A DNA stretch of 64,000 bases from Octopus vulgaris (lineage: Eukaryota), in NCBI GenBank assembly GCA_951406725.2, contig OX597819.1, positions 19,406,001 to 19,470,000 of the forward strand, in the 5' to 3' direction. Position numbers and translations under genes: made by a program. Below are positions 55,243 to 64,000 of the stretch, piece after piece (position 1 is the stretch's first letter; the number at the start of each line of letters is the position of its first letter). Under the pieces are notes generated by a model. The model saw only the letters and a program-made list of their open reading frames with translations, did no database searches and was not told the DNA's origin.

Positions 55243-55499
55243 GTGTTAATACTGGTGTTTCTATAGAGGTGATTTGGAGGAATATTCATTGATTACATTT
55301 GAGATTATTGTTTAGAATGTATTCCGGTATGTAGATTCTAGTAAGCAGAACTTTGTGTGAATATTTTGGTGTGTTCTTGATGGTAGCTCGCTCAAGAATG
55401 TCTGTAGTTTTATTATTTTTGGTTTACTTAGATTTAATCTTGTACTTTGAAAGTGTAAAGGCCACAAGTACAAAATCCACTATATAAAATTCTTACTAA
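55243..55499. repeat. About 257-bp direct repeat, copy 1 (copy 2 at 58602-58858)
   Basis: Colinear, high-identity match between the two intervals. Confidence 0.85.
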
Positions 55500-55941
55500 C
55501 ATATATAAGTCGTACTGTGTTTTTAAAGTTTAGCTTGCTAAGTGATTTGTCTCGCAGTTACTTATATGTTGTTCGAAATCCACTGTAAAAAAATTAAAAC
55601 GGTCCATATGCTTGTGTGTGAGTTCGAAAATATATAGAAGTACAATCGAATGGGACGAACGGACAATAGACGCCGAAAATGTTGTTAAATGCTCTACAGT
55701 TATCGCCTTTAATTTCATGCCTTTAAGGAATATTCTGATTTTTTTTAGTGGCGTGAGCGACGAGAAGCTGCTGGGAAATAGAGGGCCAAAAAAGGATCAA
55801 GCACCACAGTACTTGAACATACAAAAACAAAAGGCAAAGAATTATACATTACACAACGAAAATAATATTCAAGAGAACGCGAGGACGAGTAACGAACGGA
55901 CGGACAGGGAGCCAAAGACGAAAATAAACACAACAAATGTT

Positions 55942-56100
55942 GGAGTGGCTGTGTGGTAAGTAGCTTGCTAACCAACCACATAGTTCCGGGTTCAATCCCA
56001 CTGCGTGGCCTCTTGGGCAAGTGTCTTCTGCTATTGCCCCGGGCCGACAAATGCCTTGTGAGTGAATTTGGTAGACGGAAACTGAAAGAAGCCTGTCGTA

Positions 56101-56157
<57 letters not shown>

Positions 56158-56368
56158 ATGTGTGTCTGTGTTTGTCCCCCTATCATTGCTTGACAACCGA
56201 TGCTGGTGTGTTTACGTCCCCGTCACTTAGCTGTTCGGCAAAAGAGACCGATAGAATAAGTACTGGGCTTACAAAGAATAAGTCCCGGGGTCGATTTGCT
56301 CGACTAGAGGCGGTGCTCCAGCATGGCCGCAGTCAAATGGCTGAAACAAGTAAAAGAGTAAAAGAGTA
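55942..56368 (+). mobile_element. Full-length SINE family A
   Basis: ggagTGGCTGTGTGGtaag...GGTTCAATCCC...cttgggcaagtgtc...(TA)n...aagtaaaagagtaaaagagta. Confidence 0.9.
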
Positions 56369-56569
56369 TAAAATCAAAAGGAAATAAACAGAATGACACT
56401 TAATGATTAAGAGATGTGACAAAGATATGGGTAACGCCAGGAAGAGTATTGTAAGGCATCAGAAACGCAAAGAACTGAGAGAGAGAGAGAGTGAGCGAGA
56501 GAGAGAGTGAGCGAGAGAGAGAGTGAGCGAGAGAGAGAGAGAGAGAGAGAGAGCGAGAAAGAGAGAGAG

Positions 56570-56605
<36 letters not shown>

Positions 56606-56969
56606 AATGGTTTTGAAAGTGAGAAACAAGGGAAAACAAGTGGCGTTAGAGATCAGTGAGGAAAAAAATATATATGGAGATGATGGGTGACGATGACCAC
56701 GCGTCACCTGTTAGTGGTAGGAGGGAGATAAAGGATAGAGGGGAGAGAGTGAGAGAGAGTGCAACGAAGAGGGAAGGAGAGTGAGAATAGATGGAGAGTG
56801 AGAGAGCGGGAGAAGTAAATATACCGTCGGGTAACAAAGAAGTAAATTTACCGTCGGGTAACAAAATAAGGTGCTTGGCGTTGCATAGAAATTTAAGTTC
56901 AAAATACATATTATACAAGTACAAATGGAAAGCACACGCACACTCACACATAGACACACAAGCACACAC

Positions 56970-58100
56970 ACATACAGACATTCAGACACACGCACACTCA
57001 CACACAGACACACAGACACACACGTACAGACATTCAGACACACGCACACTCACACACATACATACAAAGACACACACGTACAGACATTCAGACACACGCA
57101 CACTCACACACAGACACACAGACACACACGTACAGACATTCAGACACACGCACACTCACACACAGACATACAAAGACACACACATACATACATTCAGACA
57201 CACGCACACTCACACACAGACACACATGTACAGACATTCAGACACACGCACACTCACACACAGACATACAAAGACACACACATACAGACATTCAGACACA
57301 CGCACACTCACACACAGACATACAAAGACACACACATACAGACATTCAGACACACGCACACTCACACACAGACACACAGACACACATGTACAGACATTCA
57401 GACACACGCACACTCACACACAGACATACAAAGACACACACATACAGACATTCAGACACACGCACACTCACACACAGACATACAAAGACACACACATACA
57501 GACATTCAGACACACGCACACTCACACACAGACATACAAAGACACACACATACAGACATTCAGACACACACACACTCACACACAGACATACAAAGACACA
57601 CACATACAGACATTCAGACACACGCACACTCACACACAGACACACAGACACACACGTACAGACATTCAGACACACGTACACTCACACACAGACATACAAA
57701 GACACACACATACAGACATTCAGACACACGCACACTCACACACAGACACACAGACACACACGTACAGACATTCAGACACACGTACACTCACACACAGACA
57801 TACAAAGACACACACATACAGACATTCAGACACACGCACACTCACACACAGACACACAGACACACACGTACAGACATTCAGACACACGCACACTCACACA
57901 CAGACATACAAAGACACACACATACAGACATTCAGACACACGCACACTCACACACAGACATACAAAGACACACACATACAGACATTCAGACACACGCACA
58001 CTCACACACATACACACAAAGACACACACATACAGACATTCAGACACACGCACTCTCACACACAGACACACAAACACACACACATACAGACATTCAGACT
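56970..58100. repeat. 52/54-bp CA-derived minisatellite, about 21 units
   Basis: Unit cagacattcagacacacgcacactcacacacagacatacaaagacacacacata (54 bp) alternates with a 52-bp variant ending ...gacacacagacacacacgta. Confidence 0.9.
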
Positions 58101-58149
58101 AACACACAGAAACACACAGACACACGGACACCCCCAAATTTTTCTTTTC

Positions 58150-58318
58150 ATTCATTTATTTGTTTCTTTTATTTTTAACACCACCTTTAGTCGAACAAAT
58201 CGACTTGAGGATTTGGTTCTTGCAAGCCTAGTACTTATTCTATCAGTCTCTTTTGCCGAACAGCTATTTAACGGGGACATAAACAGAACAGCATCGGGAG
58301 AACAAACAAAGGTACACA

Positions 58319-58362
<44 letters not shown>

Positions 58363-58490
58363 TATATATATGACGGACTTCTTTCAGATTCCGTCTAACA
58401 AATCCATTCACAAGGATTTGTTTGGTCAGACCGAGGGTTTGTAGAGGACACTTGCCCAAGGTGCCACGCAGTGGGACTGAACACGGGAAC
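58150..58490 (-). mobile_element. SINE family A with truncated head
   Basis: gtacttattctatcagtctcttttgccgaac...cacttgcccaaggtgccacgcagtgggactgaac. Confidence 0.8.
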
Positions 58491-58601
58491 AACTACGGAG
58501 TTTCGGCCAGTTAAGCTAACGTCGGACTGCGACGTTAAACTTGGCTTTGTTGATTTTAAAAACTTCCTTCGATGCGCGAGTTTGAATGGAGTAGAAATTA
58601 G

Positions 58602-58858
58602 GTGTTAATGCTGGTGTTTCTATAGAGGTGATTTGGAAGAATATTCATTGATTAAATTTGAGATTATTGTTTAGAATGTATTCTTTTGTGTAGATTTTTG
58701 TAAGCAGAACTTTGTGTGAATATTTTGGTGTGTTCTTGATGGTAGCTCGCTCAAGAAAATATATAGTTTTATTATTTTTGGTTTACTTAGATTTAATCTT
58801 GTACTTTGAAAATGTAAAGGCCAAAAGTACAAAATCCACCATATAAAATTCTTACTAA
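58602..58858. repeat. About 257-bp direct repeat, copy 2
   Basis: Matches 55243-55499. Confidence 0.85.
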
Positions 58859-59116
58859 TCTATATATATTATATACACATATGAAGGGAGAAAGAGAGAG
58901 CGAGAGAGAGAGATAGAGAGATGGAGGGAGAGAGGAGACTGAGACAGATATAGATAAAAATACACGCACAAACACCTTTAGAGAGAGAATGGGACAGAAG
59001 AGAGATGGAGGTAGATAGAGAGATAGAGAGATAGGTAGATAGATATATAGAAAGCGAGATAGAGAGAGATAGGTAAATAGATAGATAGAAAGAGAGAGAT
59101 AGAGAGATAGGTAGAG

Positions 59117-59191
<75 letters not shown>

Positions 59192-59218
59192 TATATATAT
59201 ATATACATATATATATAT

Positions 59219-59405
59219 TTTATTTTATAGAAGGAGCTTCTACAGGACTAGAACTGTTTCATTCAAAAGAAATGAGATGATTTCTTTTGAATGAAACAGT
59301 TCTAGTCCTGTAGAAGCTCCTTCTATAAAATAAATTAATTTACTCTGCTATGTATTGAGTACCTTATTTACTGTGGTTAAGCCCGACTCAACCCGGGACC
59401 TACAT
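59219..59405. mobile_element. Fold-back repeat element, copy 2
   Basis: Arms 59219-59273 and 59280-59334 are exact reverse complements around a GAGATG loop. Same tail as copy 1. Confidence 0.8.
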
Positions 59406-59426
59406 ATACATATATATACATTTAGT

Positions 59427-59586
<160 letters not shown>

Positions 59587-60264
59587 GAAAGAGAGAGTGA
59601 GGGAAAGATCAAGAGTGAGTGCAATCTGTTTGGTAAAATATATTTCGCTTGAGTATATATTGTGCTGTTGAGTTTTGTATAGTAATGAAACTATGTGATC
59701 GGGATGAGGGTGAGAAGGTATGTAACAGGGGTTTATAATAAGTCAAATGGATTGTGGCCCGGAAATAGCTTCACATTAATAGAATATGGCGGAAAGGAAA
59801 TAGAACCAAACAGGAAGAGAAACTTTTACCGATGTAAGTGATGGTTTGGGAAATTGCATATTTTCATCAGCCATTAGTATAGCGGACATATATTTATATA
59901 CATATGTACACGCCTACATATCAATATATATATATATATGTATATGTATATGTATGTATGTATATGACTATGTATCTGTGTATGCGTGTGTATGTGTGTG
60001 TATATGTGCGTGTATGAAATTATAAAAGACTGCCTTCGAGCATCAGCTGTGTATACGTATATGTGAATATATGAGCGGTTTTACATACCCATACATATAG
60101 ATATATCCATATCTGTCTATCTATCCCTCTATCTATCTTTCTATGTACCCACCTATCTATACATTTATGTATTTATATCTACCTCTCTCTCTCTCTCTCT
60201 CTCTCAATCTCTCTCTCCCTATATATATATATATATATATATATACGTATATATATTCTCACTT

Positions 60265-60720
60265 CTCACGGGTATTTTGGACCCAAGTCGATTAATTGAA
60301 GCATGGGTCAAACGTACACATCCCTTTCTGCATTAATGAAATCCATAACGAAATCATGGTTTGTAAAACTCTTGGACGATTGTTTAGTATATCTATAAAG
60401 TAGACGAAGCACTGTCTGCTTCATTTTCACATTGCTTGATTGATTAAGCATTTGTTTTCCCGTTACATATTTGGTAATTCAGCGGGGCTGAGATTCATAG
60501 CTCGTCCTCAGCTACGAAAACCGAATACGTTATTCACAGCGATGTATGAATGGTAGTTTTCCTATAAAAGAAAAGCAAATTCTACCTTTGCTGGGATGCA
60601 TTAATTTTTGTCAATTTGGAATTAAACACTGATACACTGTTTATGATCCAGTGACGTCGTTTTGGGCCTCATATATTTTACACATAGTGTCTACGTCCAA
60701 CATTTATCCGGTGACTATTT
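60265..60720 (-). pseudogene. Possible decayed piggyBac-like transposase C-terminus
   Basis: Minus-strand fragments DVDTMCKIY and KRRHW...INA resemble GVD...Y...RRW...INA. A gggt..ttggaccc motif lies at about 60268. Weak match. Confidence 0.3.
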
Positions 60721-62209
60721 CCCTAGATAAATCTCTTCCTATCTTCGTGTATACATGAACATGTTAAATATCATTGTATACGATATATTATAATTGACGC
60801 AGCTCCGACTGACACTTGTTATTTCAATGCAGTTTGACTGACAATTATCTATGTCTATAAAGGTACTATTTGTTCATATTGTGTATAAAATCTTTCATTC
60901 TACTGGGTGTGAATTTTTCATTCGCAGCTGAAGACACACAATGACACAGAAATGCATGTTTCCTAGGTTCTTTTGAAATCATTCAGAGCTCATTGTACTT
61001 TAGTTGTATTGTATGAAAGGTACGTTTTACCGAAACTATTGACGCAGCGAAGGCATTTTTCACGTCCGAATGTACACAAATATATTAGATATCCCTGAAG
61101 AAGATTATATATCTATTATTTTGTGCTTTTCCTCTCTGTCTACTTTAGTTTTAAAATGCACTTAATGAATACATCTTGTTATAATTAACAATTTTAAAAT
61201 AGAATAAATTGGTTTGTTGTGAAGATGTGAAAAATTCTTAAATAAATTGTTCGTTTAAGCGTAGATTTTTTCAAAAAAAGCTTTAATGAAACTTTTATCA
61301 TAAAAACTGCTACTATATTTTTGTGTATCTTATGATAAAATATTTGTCAAAAAATTGTTCGTCTTATTAATATTGAAAAATAATAAAGCAATTAAGAAAA
61401 ATAATAACAGTTAGGCGACTCAATCTAATAATTTATAAATGTATTTACGTACGAAATATATGGATAAAGAACAGAAACATCTAAAAGTTGTATTATTTTT
61501 CGAAATTATGAAAGCTAAGGGTATTCAATAATAGATGCATTAATGTTGTACTGCTTCACTTAGTGAAAATTTAAAATTAGTTTGTTTCAATTTATCTTGT
61601 ATGAAATGTAATTACAATTGAAAATAGTACACAACATATTCATAACGCTTCAAGTACAATAGATAAATAACATTCGTAACATGAATACATTCATACAACC
61701 ACACAAACACACCCACCCACACACCCACACACTTGCTAGCGTACATAGGCATATGGCATATAAATAAATATTAAGCAAATACATACGTATACATACACAC
61801 ACATACATGCGTGTATACGTGGGTGTGTTTATTTGTATATCATTGCCATTATGCAAAAGTGTCGTAAGTCCCAAATGTTTCACTTTCAAAAAACGAAAAG
61901 ATAATTTCACTATTCCATAGCAAAACTGCTGTACTACATTTTGACAAATTTTTGGTGTCATGGCATTTGAAGCAGGTGGAGATGCGATAATTTGACCAGA
62001 GGGACCGGCTATTGCAAGCAAAATTAAATATTGAAAAAAATATATTTGGCCAAATTTGGACATACGACAGCTTAACATAATAGCAACAATATACACAGGT
62101 AAATAGACAGCCCGTAAAACCACATTGTATTTCTCCTAACTTGTAAAAGTTTATAGTTTTTTTTAATTGACATATTTATGCTTCAGGTTCTACATGTGAC
62201 TGTTTAATC

Positions 62210-63242
62210 ATGTGACGTACAAAAGAAGCCTTAGAGCTGTGTGATCTTCAAAGGGGTCGTATTGGGGGTTATTCTGAAGGTTATTCTGAAGCGTAAAATC
62301 GCAAAATACCTTGGGAACCGAATTCTACAGCCAATAGATTGATTGTGCAATCTACCAGCGAGGGGAAGGTGTTCACATCACCTTGCCCACATCAGCAAGT
62401 GCTCTCTAACAGGACCATTGTATTTGTTAAGAGAAGCGTGGAGGATAATCATCAATGCAAGTCTTCTGATATAGCAGAACAGGTTGATGGCAGTCCCAGA
62501 ACAACTGTCAGATATCGCCACGAACTTGGTTACTATAGCAGAGCAGTAAGAAGGAAGCCACTTCTTCGACCACCCAGCATCAAGCGTAAAGATGGGGACA
62601 GTGAAATAGTAGAGAGGCCACTACCAGTTTGGAACTCTGTCATATTCTCTGATGAGTCCAGATTTGCTGTATTTTCTAACAGTGGTCTAGTGTGGGTCTG
62701 GAGACTTTGTGTTCAAGAATTTGATGCGAAAAGATTACGGCCAACAATGAAACACGGCAGCTATTCTGTGATGTTCTCAGGAACAATTTAGAGAAATTGT
62801 TCATCAGAGTTGGTGGAATGTGAGGGAAACATAAACTCAGATAAATATGTATCCATATTTCAGAAAGGACTCCTTCCAATTTTCTCCAGTGATGGAAAGA
62901 TTAAAGAAGACTCTTTATTTATTGAAGATGAGACTCCTTGTCACACGGCCAAAATGACCCAAGATTCATGGAATGAGAATTGCATTAAAAATGCTTCCAT
63001 GGCCAAGCCAGTCACCAGATATGTACTCTATTGAACTCCTCTGGGACACAATGGACAGGGCACTGCATAAAAAGAAAAAGAAAGTATCTTCAAAGACAGA
63101 TCTTTCGAGATTACTCCATGAAACATGGCAAGAAATTCTGCAAGAGAATATTCGTCATCTGATAAGTAACATGTCTAATCGGGTCCTTGCATTGAGAAAT
63201 GCAAAGGGCATGTCTACTAAGTTTTCAGTATTCACATTATAA
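62210..63242 (+). pseudogene. Frameshifted Tc1 (DD34E-type) transposase
   Basis: RRKPLL, WNSVIFSDESRF, PTMKHG..SVM, FIEDETPCHTA, LPWPSQSPDMYSIELLW and NMSNRV....NAKG..TKF, spread over three frames. Confidence 0.9.
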
Positions 63243-63557
63243 CAATTAATAAATGATTTAAATATATAATTTCAGATTTAAATGAATTTTAATGATTATA
63301 AGGATGTATTTACTTCTGTCGTATCTGCGTATACAAATATTTGTAGAAAGCTCGGATTAGCCATCACTCGCAGATATTACCATAGTTTCGTTTCTTATTT
63401 TAAGTGTCTATGTACATGTGAGCAAATACAAACAGTCAGTCGGCACCCAGTCAAAGATCATATGAGAAACGCGGAGGGGGTGAGTGAGGTAAAAGTTCCC
63501 ACACATACGCACATAAAAATGCTTATATTAGTATGTATATATATATATATACATACA

Positions 63558-63606
<49 letters not shown>

Positions 63607-63613
63607 TTATACT

Positions 63614-63647
<34 letters not shown>

Positions 63648-64000
63648 CGTGTGTGTGTGAACGTGTCGGTATGTGTATATGTGTGCGTGCATGTGTGTGA
63701 TAATTATTAAGTGCCGGTCAGTTTTTCTGTCACGAAATAATTCTAATGTCGAAAAATATTTAACCTGTGAAGAGAGATTATGAAAGAAAAACGAAAACTA
63801 AACCGTCACTTTATCCAAAAACACACGCAAACCTTTTCCACCTAGAACCATATCAGGCACACACGCACACTCAGTCATACACATAAACTCACACAGGTGC
63901 TCCGTTGTATAGTTAAATTTACGACAGGTCTTACAGCAAAATAAGGTCGCTATTCCAATACTTTCCATCGGGTTCAGACTTGTTATTTTGCTGGTATCAT

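Noticed and set aside
56812-56865. 27-bp tandem duplication gaagtaaat(a/t)taccgtcgggtaacaaa
   Set aside because: Only two units; an ordinary slippage duplication.

Overview
Eukaryotic, AT-rich, microsatellite-dense DNA. The SINE repertoire and repeat style suggest a cephalopod, probably Octopus (inference). No intact host protein-coding gene is recognisable, and most entries in the ORF track are translations of (TA)n, (CA)n, (TAA)n and (TATC)n. The window holds: (1) a 4.25 kb internally deleted Helitron with Rep and Pif1-helicase remnants, inserted inside a SINE, plus a short non-autonomous Helitron; (2) 3' ends of CR1/L2-, RTE-, Tx1- and R4/Dong-like LINEs, the last two stacked in (TATC)n and (TAA)n tracts; (3) decayed Tc1/mariner transposases and probable pogo and piggyBac remnants; (4) about 20 tRNA-derived SINE copies from at least four families; (5) several minisatellites. 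Two signals stand out. The first is a dispersed set of type I hammerhead-ribozyme-like motifs from several short repeat families next to (TA)n, some with inverted or fold-back structure, consistent with Penelope-like element ends or retrozymes. Every copy is mutated or partial, so activity is unproven. The second is a ~62-unit 30-bp array reading ([10 protein letters not shown])n behind a TACTAAC/acceptor-like signal, a candidate mucin-like exon.
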